This document shows, one piece after another, positions 24,829 through 38,680 of a DNA stretch of 64,000 nucleotides. Position 1 is the stretch's first letter, and the number at the start of each line of letters is the position of its first letter. Below the pieces are notes generated by a model. The model ran no database searches, had not been told where the DNA came from, and was given only the letters and a program-made list of their open reading frames with translations. Origin of the DNA: Chiloscyllium plagiosum (lineage: Eukaryota); NCBI RefSeq assembly GCF_004010195.1, contig NC_057719.1:31587468-31651467 (forward strand). The letters are read 5' to 3'. The position numbers and the translations under genes were made by a program.

Positions 24829-27440
24829 GTTAAAATCACAACACCAGGTTAATAGTCCAACAGGTTTATTTGGAATCACTAGTTTTTGAAGCACCATTTC
24901 TTCATCGGGTGGTTATGGAGCAGAATCATAACACAGACTTTACAACACCAGGATTGCAGTGACATGGAATGTAATATTAAACAAATTTAGCTTAAGTCTT
25001 TTATCCTTTAGAATGACCATGTTAGTTTTGGTTTCTTCATATTTAAATTCCAGAACTTTTAAAAAGTTACATTGTCAAGATATCTTTTAACAATAGGTGC
25101 CACCTCAGCTCAGATAATGCATTGAAAGTGTGAAGTGTGAAGTCTGTCTGTGTCCCAATATTAGGTCAGACTGATTCTATTTCTAAAATGGGAGTTACAG
25201 AAGCTTACATGGATTTATGCAGTTTTTGAGCAAAATAAAAATGTAATTCTGCAAATACAAATTAACCCCACAAACTTATATGTTTGTGTGTAGGGGAGAC
25301 TGAGTGTGTGTGCATACATGTGGGAGTTTGTGTGGGGGTGTGTGTCTGTGACAGTGTGTATCTATGTGAAAGTGTAATAGGATACAAGTCTGTGAGAGGG
25401 TGCATGTATGGGTGAGTGTGTGGGAGTGTATGTGTGAGCAAATGAGAGAGAGCTTGTGTATGAGAAAGAGTCTGCATGAGTGTGTGGGTCTCCCTGCAGT
25501 GTGACATGAACCCAAGGTCCCAGTTGAGGTCATCCCCATGAGTAGCAAACTTGGCAGTCAGTTTCTGCTTGGCCACTTTGTAGTGTTGCTTGTTCCGAAG
25601 ACCGCCTTGGAGGATGGTCACCCAAAGGTCCAAGGCTGAATGTCCCGGACCGCTGAAGTATTCCCTGACTGGGAGGGAACACTCCTGACTGGTGTTCGTT
25701 CATCTGTTGCCGTAGCCTCTGCTCGGTCTTGCCAATGTATCATGCCTCAGGGCATCCTTGCCTGCCGCGTATGAGATAGACAACATTGGACAAGTCACAT
25801 GAGTACCTGCCACGTACATGGTGGTATCTGTGGCAAAACTCTGACACATCCTCCAGCGTCTGCCATGACAGGGTTGTATGGTGTTGGCCTGAAGGCCAGG
25901 CAGTTTGCTGCAAACAATGATCTGCTTAAGGTTTGGTGGTTGTTTAAAGGTGAGAGGGAGGTGTCAGGTAGGTTTTGGCAAGGTGCTCATCCTCAATGTG
26001 CTGTAGGCCACAAAGAACATGGAGTAGTTTTTCGGCTCCTGGGAAGTACTGGCCAACGAAGGGTACCTTATTGGTAGCAGCTCGTGACTGTCTCCTGAGG
26101 AGGTCATTACGGTTTCTTGCTGTGGCACTTCAAACTGGTGGTCGATGAGTTAAGCATCGTATCCCGTTCTTATGAGAGCATTCTTGAGTATTTCCAAGTG
26201 TCTATCACGTACCTCCTCATCTGAAAAGATCCTTTGTATGCATAGGGCTTGTCCATAGGGGATAGCTGTTTTAATATGTTTCGGGTGGGAACTACATAAG
26301 TGTAGCATAGTGAGGTTATCCGGGTTTGCAGTACAATGAGGTGACCATTCTTGATGAAGATGCATGTGTCCAAGAATGAGACAGATACTAAAGAGTAGTC
26401 CACGGTGAGTTTGATAGTTGGATGAAACTCATTGATATCACTGTGTAGCTGTTTCAGTGACTCCTCACCATAGGTCTAGAGGAAGAAAATGTTGTCCATA
26501 TATCTGGTGTATAGTGTTGGTTTGAGATCCTGTGCAGAAAAGAAGTCTTGTTCAAATCTGTGCGTGAAAATGTTGGCATATTGGGGTGCAAATGTAGTCC
26601 CCATGGCTGTTCCATGTGTCTGGATGAAGAACTGGTTGTCAAAGGTGAAAATGTTGTAGTCGAGGATGAAGCGGATGAGTTGATATTGAGTACTGAGGCT
26701 GTTGCCGCAATGCCATCGTTGTGGGGAATGCTGGTGTACTTGGATGTACCATTCAGCGGTCCAGGACATTCAGCCTCAGATCTTTGGGTGACCATCCTCC
26801 AAGGCGGACTTCGGGATACGCAACAATGCAAAGAGGCTGAGCAGAGGCTGACAGCCAATTTTGGTACCTATGGTGATGGTCTCAATTGGGACCTTGGGTT
26901 CATGGAACACTACAGGCGACCCCACTACACTATACACGCTCTCAGACACACACACACTCCTCCAGACCCTTTCGCATGCACAAAGTCTCTTTCTTATGCT
27001 CGCTCACACACACAACTCCACACTCACCCTCTCTCAGACTTGTACTCCATTACACCCAACACAGACACATACACACACACATTGTCTCCCCTGCGTGTGC
27101 ACGCGCACACACATACACAATTTGTACTTGCAGAATTACTTTTTATTTCGCTCAAAAACTACATAAATCCATGTAAGATTCTGTAACCTCCACTTTAGAA
27201 ATAGAATCAGTCTGACCTAACATTGGGACACAGACAGACTTTAACTTCACACCTCCAATGCATTATCTGAACTAAGGTGACACCTATTGTTAAAAGCTAT
27301 CTTGAAAATGTAACTTTAAAAAAGTTCTGGAATTTACATATGAAGGAACTGAAACTAATATGATCATTCTAAAGGATGAAAGACTTAAGCTAAATTTGTT
27401 TAATATTTCATTCCATGACACTGCAATCCTGGTGCTATAA
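24829..27440 (-). mobile_element. Penelope-like element with a ~700-bp inverted terminal duplication
   Basis: ORF 26476-26769 QTHGTAMG...YTRYMDNIF (PLE RT); 24946-25657 is mirrored at 26752-27440; (CA)n-rich 3' region; degenerate hammerhead at 24878-24912. Confidence 0.88.
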
Positions 27441-27444
27441 CTCA

Positions 27445-28080
27445 AGTGAATAAGGCAGTAAAGGAAGCATACAGCATTCCTGTCTCCATCATTTGGAGCA
27501 TTGAGTGTAAAAGTTGGCAAATCATGTTACAACTGTATAAGATATTGGTTTGGCCATATTTGGAGTACTTTGTGCTGTTCTGGTCGTTGCATTATAAGGA
27601 GGATGTGGAGGCTTTGGAGAGGATGCATAAGAGATTTCCCAGAATTTTGCTTGACTGGATTTATCTATAGGAGAAATTGGACAAACTGGGATTGTTTTTG
27701 CTAGAAGGTTGGAACCTGAGGGGTGGCATGATAGAAGTATATAAAATTATGATAGGCATGATCAGACTGGATAGCCAGAGCCTTTTTCTAAGCAAAATGT
27801 CAAATACTAGGGGCATAGGTTTAAAGTGAGAGGGGGAAAAATTTAAAGGAGACGTGCAAGGCAAGTTTCTTTCTCAACAGTAAATGCTTGGAACGTGCTG
27901 GCAGGGGAGGTGGTAGAAGCAGATACAGAAGCAAATTTACGAGGCATTTAATCAATAAACATAAACATGCAAAGGATAATAGGATACAAGCTATGTGCTG
28001 TCAGATGGAATACATTTAGAATAATATCACGGTTGGCACAGACATGGCAGACCGAAGGACCCGTTCCTGTGCTATATTCT
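27445..28080 (+). mobile_element. CR1 LINE, 3' part of the interrupted copy
   Basis: ORF 27446-27670 LQLYKILVWPYLEY..FWS; CR1 3' tail ~28050-28078. Confidence 0.85.
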
Positions 28081-29204
28081 CACCAAGGCCCTTTACAATT
28101 CCAGCAAGACAAATCTGCTCCTGCCTTGAATACTCTCACTATGAAGGCTAATATTCCATTTACCTTCATCACTGCCTGTTGTACCTGAATGCTGTGAATG
28201 GCAGAAAAGGTTCAATGACTAAATGGATTCTAATTTGTATGTTGGTATATATTGGAAACAAAGTACAATATTCTCGAAATATTCTAGGTCAAGCCACTCT
28301 TCTCTTCTCTCCGAGAATATTGCCTAAACTGTTGAGTACTTCCAGCATTTCTGTTTCCAATAACGGAATTTTAATAGCTCATATTTCAGCTTTCATTATT
28401 TGTTGTTACTCAGACTAGCTAAAAAGTTTGAAAAATAAGAACAATATTTGGTTCAATTCTCCCACCATTGAATGATGTGTCATTATTCATTGTCTGACCC
28501 CATATTAAAATAGCTATTTGAATAGTTGTCCAGAGTTCACAAAACCATAATCCAAGAAAATTTGGGAGATGGATAGAACAATTTAAACTGTGCTTGCAAT
28601 TTCAACTCATTTGCAACACTGACAGAGGAGCAAACAATAGCTAAGGAGCATGATGTATGATCTATTCATTCATGTTCAATCCATAAAGGTCCCAAGAGCA
28701 AGTCTACTCTAGTAAAGCAGTCTATAATGATGATATTTGTCCAGGCACATGCTTAGCAATGTCAGACCTTCTATTTTTATTAAATAGTGAGATTTTGATG
28801 CAAAAGAGTTGCTCTTTTTGGATGGCACTGTCATCAATCAGAAAATCTTGTAAAATGCAACAGAAGTGTTTCAGTTGAAAAGTAACCATGATATTAACAT
28901 TATAATCTACCTAGCCCTGTTCAGTATTTAGTTACACATATTCTATGATAATGAGTGTCACGTAAGTTTTACGTATAAATCTTAAATTGGAAGTGAAAAT
29001 GAGTGAACTTGTACAGTTTATTCTCTAATTGCAAAACCCTAAATTTTATTTTTTTAAATATGACAGCAATATATGCAGTTTTAATATTATACCAATTTCT
29101 TATGAAATGCATACATTTCAACAATCAACAACAGAAAAGCTTCTGCATTTGTATAAAATTCTTTAAACAGTCAACCTATATGTTCACCTTTTTACTTTGC
29201 TTAC

Positions 29205-29713
29205 CATTTTACTTTCCAGACCATTAACATCCTCAGGTGTTGATTCTACTACTTCTGGTCCTCGTCTCCTTGGTATATTGATCTTTGGTGATGTCAGCAA
29301 GATATTACATAAATTCTTACACTCTTGAATATCATCATTTTCTTTTTTAGAACACTTTGACCTTGTTAGCATTTTTACATTATCTGGATGGACAATCTTT
29401 TGCAAGGAGGAAGCGCTAACATCGGTGAAGTCCTGAATTGCACTTTTTGTACAGTTGATTTGGTTACCAGTAGAAACTGAATTTGTGGTGTTTAGCGCGA
29501 CATCCTGAGACATTTCATTGTCTCCCTCATTGCCATTATCAGTATCCTCATTCAAATAAAGAGTATTCCAATTTTCAGTTTTTTTGACAGTGTTATCAAC
29601 ACTTGATATCGTTGCACTCTTCTGTGAAGCTTCTATACTTTCTGTGGGCTGTTCATTTGACAGGCTCGATATTGTAAATGTTGCTCCATGTTGGTTACTG
29701 TGCAGCAATCCCG
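29205..29713 (-). CDS. MIS18BP1: MIS18BP1 third coding exon, 509 nt
   Basis: Within ORF 29184-29777; tag acceptor 29714-29716, gtaagc donor; ends ...CNILLTSPKINIPRR...SKM (human CQIVLATPRLHITIPRR); phase 1/0. Confidence 0.85.
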
Positions 29714-31843
29714 CTATTATCCAAAATATGAAAATCATTAGGGCAGCAGATTGAGAATATAGTAAAAACACAAACAAACCATCATCCCACCCTCACAAAT
29801 GCACATTATTAATATAACTAGGGATATTAAAAAGATTTAAAGGTCTTAAACATTCTGCATGTGAGCTGGATTGTATCTCACATGACATCCAAGACGTTAT
29901 CAGTCATTATAGGGTCACAATAAAGATGAAGCTAGGTTAGTCTATGTTCAAAAAGGATGACAAATAGGCATATAGTGGAACTGTAAATGAACCTAAGTTG
30001 ATATACAGATAATAAACAATTAATGTATTCAGAAGAAAATAAATCCTGCCTGACTAAAATTCTTCATTGTTTTGACAAATGAATGTCTTAAGTGATAAGC
30101 TTTACTGTTGTTCATGAATTTTAAATGTCATTTAACAAAATTCCACATTAAAGGATATTAGTTCAACTAAAAAACATTAGACTCTAGACAAAATAGAGTT
30201 TTTAGGACTTGTATTGGGGTAGAAGAAATACTCAGAAGGGTGTCACAGAAATAGGTTTTTGAACAATAATTGTTTTCTAACTCAGTTAAATTATTTGACT
30301 GAGAAACCCAATGCAAATTGGTCAAATTTACCTACCAAACTAGAAAGAGTGTTGAAATGGAAGGAGACAGATCATAAATTACAGAATGCTCCAGACAAAA
30401 TGCTGATAGACCCAAGAGAGCTTTTTAGTATCTGGTTACTCAAAACAACTAACCAATGAAAAATAATATTCAGCAAAGCCAACAGAATGTTACATTCTAC
30501 TGTCTAAATAGTGGAACAGGAAGTCATAGTCATTGAATATGAGGAGTACAAAAGGTTATTAAATTTAAAGGTTAAAATGAACTAACTCAAACAAATGAGC
30601 ACAATTGATACTGAAAAGATCAAGTAGTCATCTTATTTCTTTTTATGCCAATAGATTTCTTGTTGATCAATGTCCCACAACTGCAGATCAATATACATGT
30701 GGTCAGCAGGAATTACTGAACAATCAGGATCAGAAACATAGTTGACATTTCCTTCTGTAATAGTGGCATGGACCACCACTGAAGTCAGTTAACTCAGCAG
30801 AAAAAAGGTCACTCCTGAACACTAAGTCTACACAGCTCAGTCACTCTTTGCTGATTTCAGGGCATTCACCAAACAATTGCATTGGAAAGACCCTCAAGTT
30901 GTAGGAAAGCACAGAGATGTGCCTTCAAATTGTCCACACTTTCCATGCTAAGATGCTCATTATAAATTGAGCCACTAAACAATGCATAAAAAGCATGAGG
31001 CAATGCCTGGTCACATTACTTTTGATGGATACATTGTAAAATTGCCATCATACTTCACTATATTTCTAATCTTCCAAAATTAATTGTCTTTAGAATCATC
31101 CACCTGTAATATAACATCTGACAATCTCCAGTGTTGACGATTTCCCTCCCAAATGTTTTCCGACTCTTGTTTCTCCGACTTCAATTTTGCCACAATTTTT
31201 TTAAAAAAAGGCCTCAGAAATTTATTAGATGGAGAGGCCTTCTGTTATAAAAATTACAGTGAATGCCAAATTTGGATGTATAATCCCTGAATGTGAGATT
31301 TCCCATTTTATGGGCAGGGCAAGAGAGACTGGATCATGGGGATGGAATCTAATTCCCATATTCATGGTTCACAGAAGCAAACGAAGAGAAAGTGCAGCTG
31401 CCAAAGGCTGATTATATTTTTGCAAGTGGAATGTGCAAGACATGACTTGTGAATTTTAGACCTGGTAGGTGAAGGTCTAAAGCTGCTGGACTACTTTGGG
31501 GAGGTTCTGGGCAAGGTCAGGCTCCATTTGGAAAAGATAAAGTGCCCTCTGACGATGTTAAAAGCAGATATGAACTTGTATAAAATGTACACAAACTCAT
31601 TCGAAAGATCAAGAAAGCTGTCAAGCTGTCAAGGGATTTAAAACTCGTGCCCTTTAAATACTTGACAACACAAAAAGCTATGTTAAGTGCTTTTAAAAAA
31701 TGCTGACTATTTCACTGTCTGTTGACACATGCCTATGGATTATCATAATAAAATTTGTCTGACATGATAAATTTCAAAACTTTGCACTATCACAGCAGAG
31801 TGCTTGTCACCTGATAGTTTGATTGACAATTATAAACACTTTG

Positions 31844-32045
31844 AGTTAAAAAAATCACACAACACCAGGTTATAGTCCAACAGGTTTAACTGGAAGCACA
31901 CTAGCTTTCACCACTCACAACCACCTGCTGAAGGAGCAGCGCTCCGAAAGCTAGTGTGCTTCCAATTAACCCTGTTGGGCTATAACCTGGTGTTGTGTGA
32001 TTTTTAACTTTGTACACCCCAGTCCAACACCGGCATCTCCAAATC
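31844..32045 (+). mobile_element. Palindromic Penelope-derived mini-element with a hammerhead motif
   Basis: ~60-bp inverted arms 31850-31909 / 31946-32005; motif CAC-CTGCTGA-A-GGAGC-AGC-GCTCC-GAAA-GC-TA-GTG at 31922-31956; arms match the end of the Penelope at 24829. Confidence 0.85.
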
Positions 32046-32999
32046 AAAACAGTTTGAGGATGGACATAAATTCCAATGTTTGTTTTATAAAAGATGGAAG
32101 AATATTAAATGCAGTTAATAGATTTTAACTATTGATTGTAGTTTTATTTTTCCAATAGTTAATTCATTGATAGGACACTTAGCTTTATTTAATATCAGCA
32201 TGGTATGTGTAAGGACATAGGGTGGTGGAGAATAGATTGGCACTAAGTTGGAACAGGATCTGTAATAGGCTATAGGGTATGTAGAGAGGTATGGATATTA
32301 TGAACAACTGTGGGTGTGGGTGAGGGCATGAGGAGCATAAGTGAAGCACAAGTTAGTGAGGGGTTGAGACGGGAAAAAAAACTGTTTGCTTTATTGTTCT
32401 TTTCCTTAGACTCAACAAAGCACTGGCCCTGCTCAGGCTAAATATGCACTGTCTCGAAGGTTACCCACCATGTCTACCATTTTATTTTCATCTGCTGCCT
32501 AGAACTAAATTCCAATTTACTGGAGCACTTATTCCCCAGAACATGTTTGCAGAATTAGGAAATGGAGAGGCTCTGTTCTGAACCCAGGAATAAAAATTTA
32601 GGTCATACTCTCCAGTTGCACGCACAAAAATCCTATTGCCGCTCAACTCATTCGTAAGTGTTACTCTTTTATATTTTGGACACATACAAGAATCCCTGTT
32701 ACCATCTTGCAGATTATCAGGCTGCTTTTCTTGCTAGACTGGAGAAGATGGTGAAGTTAATCATCAGGTTTTAAAAGAATTGGAAATAACTGAAATTAAA
32801 TGATTTTTACATTAAATATTTTGTCACCTAGAAAATAAAACTTCTGCAAATTATAAGAGATACCCCAATGAATAGTTAGAACGGACTAATCATGTATTGT
32901 AAATGTGGATAAGTAAGGAGTAATTTATGTCAACTAATTATCTGAATTCAAGGCATATTCAAGTCAAATGTATATTTAAACAAAGGAAGTATACTGAAT

Positions 33000-33440
33000 G
33001 AGGGCCTAGGATCAATGGATATACTCTTGCCTTCCATTCTGAAAGTTGAGTATTAACACGTTCAATTTCAGTAACTTGAATACATAATCTAGGTGGACAA
33101 TTCAATCTATATTTTAGGGAATTTTGCATTCAGAGATGGAGACTTTTGATAAAATGTTAAACCAAGACTGCCCTCTCAGGTCAAACTCAAAAGTTGCAGA
33201 GACTGAGCTGTGTTCATTTGGTATCACCTTTACGATTAAATTTGCATCAAGACAAGTCGCCTGATCATTTTTTGATGCTGATTATGGAAACTTTGCTGGA
33301 GGCAAACAGCTTGCTCAATTTCCCAATATTACCCCAGTGATTATCCATAGGAAATTTCTCGTAGCACGTAAAGCCTATAGTTAAGTAAACTGAAATCATG
33401 CAAGAAATTGCAGAAAGATAGCAGGAATAGTCTCTTGCAA
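33000..33440 (+). mobile_element. Decayed DeuSINE (SacSINE1/AmnSINE-like)
   Basis: aacttgaatacataatctaggtggaca...gttaaaccaagactgccctctcagg...tttgctg..gcaaacagcttgct resembles the recalled Deu-domain consensus. Confidence 0.55.
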
Positions 33441-33657
33441 TTTACACTTTATTTTTTCCTCATGACCAACTTGGATTAGTCTTATTTGATAACCTAACAC
33501 CTTGGTACCATCTGATCAAAAATAAGGTCATGTACCATACAAATCAGTTATGCACGTAGATTCCAACTTTCAAAGATGTTAACATTGAGTAAGCTCCAAC
33601 AGGTCAAATGACGGTAGACATTATAAATAGATAAGAAATAACACCATCAGACTTTAC

Positions 33658-33810
33658 CTTTATGCTCTGAAAGTTTAACTGAAGCCAATGGATTATTGCC
33701 TAATTCAATCCCTTGTTTCATTTGTAAAAAGATTTTGGCTGGAGATTGTTGGATCACAGGAACATGGTCCTTCTTGTGTGAAGTCTGGCAACCAATTGGC
33801 AGAGTAGGGA
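33658..33810 (-). CDS. MIS18BP1: MIS18BP1 second coding exon, 153 nt
   Basis: tctatttgtag acceptor and gtaaag donor; encodes (V)PTLPIGCQTSHKKDHVPVIQQSPAKIFLQMKQGIELGNNPLASVKLSEHK; phase 1/1. Confidence 0.85.
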
Positions 33811-36299
33811 CTACAAATAGACCACACATTTATATTATACATCTACATCTTACACAAATGTATATAAAAAACACTGTAGATAATTGTGCAACTGGATCAA
33901 AATAAACTAGCAGCCATGAGAATGATAGTGAGTGATCAACAGATAGACCACACTAATTCCCTGCATCTTCTATTAAATGCAAAGGGACTATTTAAACCAT
34001 GGTTAGCATCATTAATTGTTGAAATTAACTGATTGAAATAGGCTCTATACACTTAATATGGGGCAACGATTCAATATCTGAGCTACAGTCTTCAATCTTC
34101 TTTGCTTGGAAGTCCTACAAATGCTCATTCCCAATAAATGGATTAGGGATAAGCAATTGTTTAATTCATTAGTTTTAAGATGATCAAGCTAAAACTGTAC
34201 CATTGTTAAGTGTCAGCAAATCAATGGTAATAAGGACAAATGGAGGTGACATTTTTTGTTAAGTAGTATGGAATGTTTGTTATGGATCAAGCATTTTTCA
34301 GCCTCACCCAGAGTATTGCATGTAGTTCTGGGTACTACACTGTAGGAACGATGTGAAAGTCTTGGAGAAAGAAAAGATTATTGAGATGGGTCCAGGGACG
34401 AAGAGCTTCAATTATGATGATAAAATGACAAAACTAATTGTTGTTTTCCCTTGGAGAAGAGAAGGCTGGTAGGAGATCCATTTGAATTATTCACAATCAT
34501 GAGGATACTACCACAAAATATAGAAAGAAAATATTCACACTCATGGAAACAGCTAGAATGAGAGAATACAGATGAAAATGTAGCAAAAGATTGATACGAG
34601 GAAATTATATTATGCAATGAGTGATTAGAGTCTGGAATACACTGCCCTAGAATGTGCTGGAAGTTTAATTGAGACATTCAAAAGAGAATTAGACAATTAT
34701 TTGAAAAGAATGGCATTTGAGATCCTAATTTTGAACCAGTATATGCATGATGGGCCAAATGGTTTCTTCTGTCTATAATAATTCTGTGACGTCTATTCTG
34801 TGCAGATAGTGCCACATATTTGAGGAGTTGAATTGTGTTGCATTTCTCTCTAAAGGGTACTATTGTTTAGCATTGAGGGCACGAATCGCCTGTGCAAAAG
34901 GCTTCACATTTCTGCAAAATTGTGCAGTGCACTCATTGGATAATTGGTTCAATAGTTCCAGAAAAATGGACGATTGTAATTTGAGTTTGTTACCAATGCT
35001 ACGATAATTGATAAAGATGCTTGCCACTCCCCACACAGGTGGTGCCAGTAACGTCAAGTCACCTGCTGCAACAGAGCCTTTTTCACCAGGATGCATTTGC
35101 ACATGTGCAAATAGGAGCCCCTGCATCAGCACCTTTACAGTGATGTGGCACTACAAAGCTTGTTCATGTAATTCTGCAATCAATCCATTACTTAGCAGTA
35201 TAGACTTCTAATTTAAATTTACTTAAATGTGGGAGAAAAATGTCATGAGGATAGGACAGAAGAGGATTAATTAAATAGTTAATTAATTATTAACTATAAT
35301 GGACCCCGTTGTCTCCTTTCGCATTTCACAATGCCAGGAAATAAACATTGCAGTGTAGTTTAATGTAAAGCTGAATCTAGATAACTGCAATGCAAATTGT
35401 GTGATGCAGCTAAAGCATCAGAAGCCAGTCAATTTCTTGAATTTCAAAAAGTGGAGTTTTCAAGGATAGTATCCTTTTCATAATCTCAAAGAGGGCATGA
35501 TATGAGGTAGGTCATAATCTAGAAAATAATACAAATTCTAGGATGAAGTAGAAATTCTTATGGGAACTTTAGAGAACCTTTGACACAGTGGGCCAATGGG
35601 AGCGAGGTAAACAGCTGACTGAATATTTTCAATCATACTTAGAAAGTAACTAAGACCCTCACATTTATTGATGGGCCGAGGGGGGGTGGGGAGGTGTTTG
35701 AAGCAGGTTGCGGATGGATTTTAAGAATATGGTTAGCAGTCAAGAGATTACAAATTACAGTTGCGGCCACTCATTATAGTGCAGATAGTGTCGAGGAGGT
35801 TCATAGAACCAATGCCAACTCTCTGTTGAGCAATCCAGTCAGCTCCATTCCACAGCCCTGCAAATTTACTTCTCTCAAATACCTGTCTAGTTTTCATTTG
35901 AAAATACTCATTGTCTCCATTTCCACCACCCTCATAGGCATAAAGTTCCAGGCAAAAAAATCTTACACTACATACCATCTGCATTGCATGACCACATCAT
36001 CTAACAGAGCTTTTCAAAGGTTTGTTTTATTTGAAAAAATTAGAGCAGCAAGACCAACCATGTAGCTGGGTCAAAATCGATGGGAAACTGAGAACTGGCA
36101 CAGCAACGGCTTCAGGTGGATACAAAGCGAATACAACATAGCACAACAGGACAATGGTCAAGTCTCAATGGCAGGCCAAGAATCAAGAAAGATGCTTTCT
36201 TATGTAACAATTTTACACAGGAAGTCTATGAATTTCAGATGTCCTAATAGCACTCTATAATCGTTACATATGATTTCCCTTCTAAGTGGAGACCTTTAG

Positions 36300-37500
36300 A
36301 ATACCCCAGGTAACATGGTCATACACATTTTACTTCTCAACTTTAACCACTTATGTCATCACTTTCTTGAGGATTGCATCTTTTTAACAAAAGTCTTCTT
36401 TAATCAGTATTGTCACTTCAGAGGCAACCGTGACCGCGTTTGGCATCAAGGTAGCACTGACCAAGAGTTACATCAAGGAGCCATAGCAAAATATAGTCAA
36501 TTAAGATCACAAAGGAACCTCTTCTTTAGCTGGAGTCAAACTCAGCACAAAAGACGACAACACTGTAGTTGGTGGGGGTTAATCTTTGCATTGTACAAGT
36601 TCAATTAGATGGTGGCTTAGGCCCAAACATCTTCAGACACTTATCAATGGCCTTCTCTCCATAAGGTCAGTGGTGGGGGTGTTTGCTGATGATTGCAGTG
36701 TTTAGTTTCATTTCTAATTCTTCAAATATTGTAGTTGTTTATGGTCACAAGCAACAAAAACTTTGGTTGTTAAGTGACTACTAATATTTGCACCCTCAAG
36801 TGCTAGGCAATAAAAGATGGACCATATTCATGTCCCCTTGACATTTATTACCATTTATGCCCGACCACAAACACCCCAGGATCAGCATTGACCAGAAGTT
36901 TAATTAGATCAGCCTCATAAATACAGTGGGGAAAAAAAAGTCAGGGGCTGAGAATTCTCAGCTTCTCAAAGCCTTTCCATCAGCTTCAAGGCACATACTA
37001 GAATTGTATTAGAATATTCCTATTTGCCTAGATGACTACAGTTCCAACAACACTTATGATGCTGGACACAACAGCAACGAAAGTAGCTTGAATGTACCCG
37101 TAACCTTAATGTTTTAAAATTAATTTGTTCATGGTATGCAGGTACCAACTACAGGGCCAGTTTTATTGCTGTTCTCTAATATTCACCTCTTCCACTACCA
37201 ACACACAGTGTTTGTAGTGTGTACCCCCTGCACAATCTCACACATCAGCTTGCCAAGGCTTCTTCAACAGCACCTCCCAAATGTATAACTTCTACTGAAC
37301 AGAAAGACAAGGGAGCAGGTGCATGGCAAACCTGCAAATTCCTTCACAGTCACACACCACCCTAGACGTTCCTCGCTACTCCCTTTATTGTCACTGGATG
37401 ATAACCTATAAAGCTGTACCAACAGGACTGTCAAGAGTACCTCTATCTCAAGGATTACACTGGTAGTATAAGGCAGCAGCTCATGAGTATTTTCTGAAAT
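36300..37500 (+). mobile_element. Decayed L2/CR1-clade LINE RT region
   Basis: DRVWHQG-like at ~36432 and FADDC at ~36682. Confidence 0.6.
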
Positions 37501-37675
37501 AGAGTTTCTGAAGCACAATAAAGTCTTGATTCAACATGTCGATCCAGTGAAGTACAATGTACTAAAAATAAGCTGAAGTTGTACTTGTTTCCAATACAAT
37601 AGCAAAACAAATCATGGTTGTAATTTAGTATGAATCAACCATGAGGAATTTTTGAATAAGAAATCCAAAATAACA

Positions 37676-37985
37676 GGCGGCACGGTGGCACAGTGGCACG
37701 CACTGCTACCTCACAGCGCCAGAGACCCGGGTTCAATTCCCGCCTCAGGCGACTGACTGTGTGGAGATTGCACGTTCTCCCCATGTCTGCGTGGGTTTCC
37801 TCCGGGTGCTCCGGTTTCCTCCCACAGTCCAAAAATGTGCAGGTCAGGTGAATTGGCCATGCTAAATTACCCGTAGTGTTAGGTGAAAGGGTAAATGTAG
37901 GGGAATGGTTGCACTTCGGCGGATTGGTGTGGACTTGTTGGGCCGAAGGGCCTGTTTCCACATTGTAAATAATCTAATCTAATCT
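37676..37985 (+). mobile_element. HE1-type V-SINE (tRNA-derived)
   Basis: GGCGGCACGGTGGCACAGTGG A-box, GGTTCAATTCC B-box, central V-domain, CR1-like tail gggccgaagggcctgtttcc + (TAATC)n. Confidence 0.9.
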
Positions 37986-38164
37986 AAACATCATTGCAGT
38001 TTGGCTCAGCTGAAGGATGAGTTGTCAATTCCAGATCCACTCCAGTACTTGTGTTCATAATTAGTGGCAAACTGAGGGGAAAGGTTAACCTCCAAAATAG
38101 ATTAACTTTTTATTTCTTTGCACTGCTGTGTTTGCTTAATCACAAGCACTAATCTTCAAAAGTA

Positions 38165-38400
38165 AAAACCGAAAAGAACTGCAGATGCTATAAATCAGAA
38201 ACAAAAACAGAAGTTGCTGGAAAAGCTCAGCAGGTCTGGCAGCATTTATGAAGAGAAATCAAAGTTAATGTTCCAGGTTTCGTGACCTACCTCCCAACTG
38301 ACGAAACTGCAGTTCTGAGGAAGGGTCACCATACCCAAAATATTAATTTTATTTCTCTTCACAGATGCTGCCAGACCTGCTAAGCTTTTCCAGAACCTTC
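38165..38400 (+). mobile_element. Palindromic Penelope-derived mini-element with a hammerhead motif
   Basis: Inverted arms ~38216-38272 / 38339-38393; CTGAGGA-A-GGGT...ACCC-AAAA at 38315-38340. Confidence 0.75.
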
Positions 38401-38551
38401 AAAAGTACATTGGTTATGAAATGTTTTGGAACTAGCAAACATTAAAACAACAATATAACATTGCTTTAGAAGTGAAACAACTACAAATTCAACTTCCATA
38501 CGATACCCTGGAATAAAGAAAAGATACCCCACAGCCAGTATGCTTAAAGCA

Positions 38552-38680
38552 GTGAGAAGAAAATTAGGACTGCAAATGCTGGAGATGAGAGTCAAAATGT
38601 TGGCGCTGGAAAAGCACAGACAGTCAGGCAGCTTCCGAGGAGCAGGAGAGTCAAAGTTTCAAGCATAATGGCTTCATCAG
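38552..38680 (-). mobile_element. Penelope terminal fragment with hammerhead core
   Basis: Minus strand CTGATGA-AGCCATTATGCTT-GAAA-CTTTGAC; rest matches the 6761/57730 family. Confidence 0.7.

Noticed and set aside
25262..27186. His/Thr-rich ORFs of 90-212 aa
   Set aside because: Translations of (CA)n-rich Penelope UTR and antisense RT sequence, not host genes
29188..29204. Alternative gtgaac donor for the 509-nt MIS18BP1 exon
   Set aside because: Gives phase 2, incompatible with the phase-0 SANTA exon; the gtaagc donor next to 29205 fits
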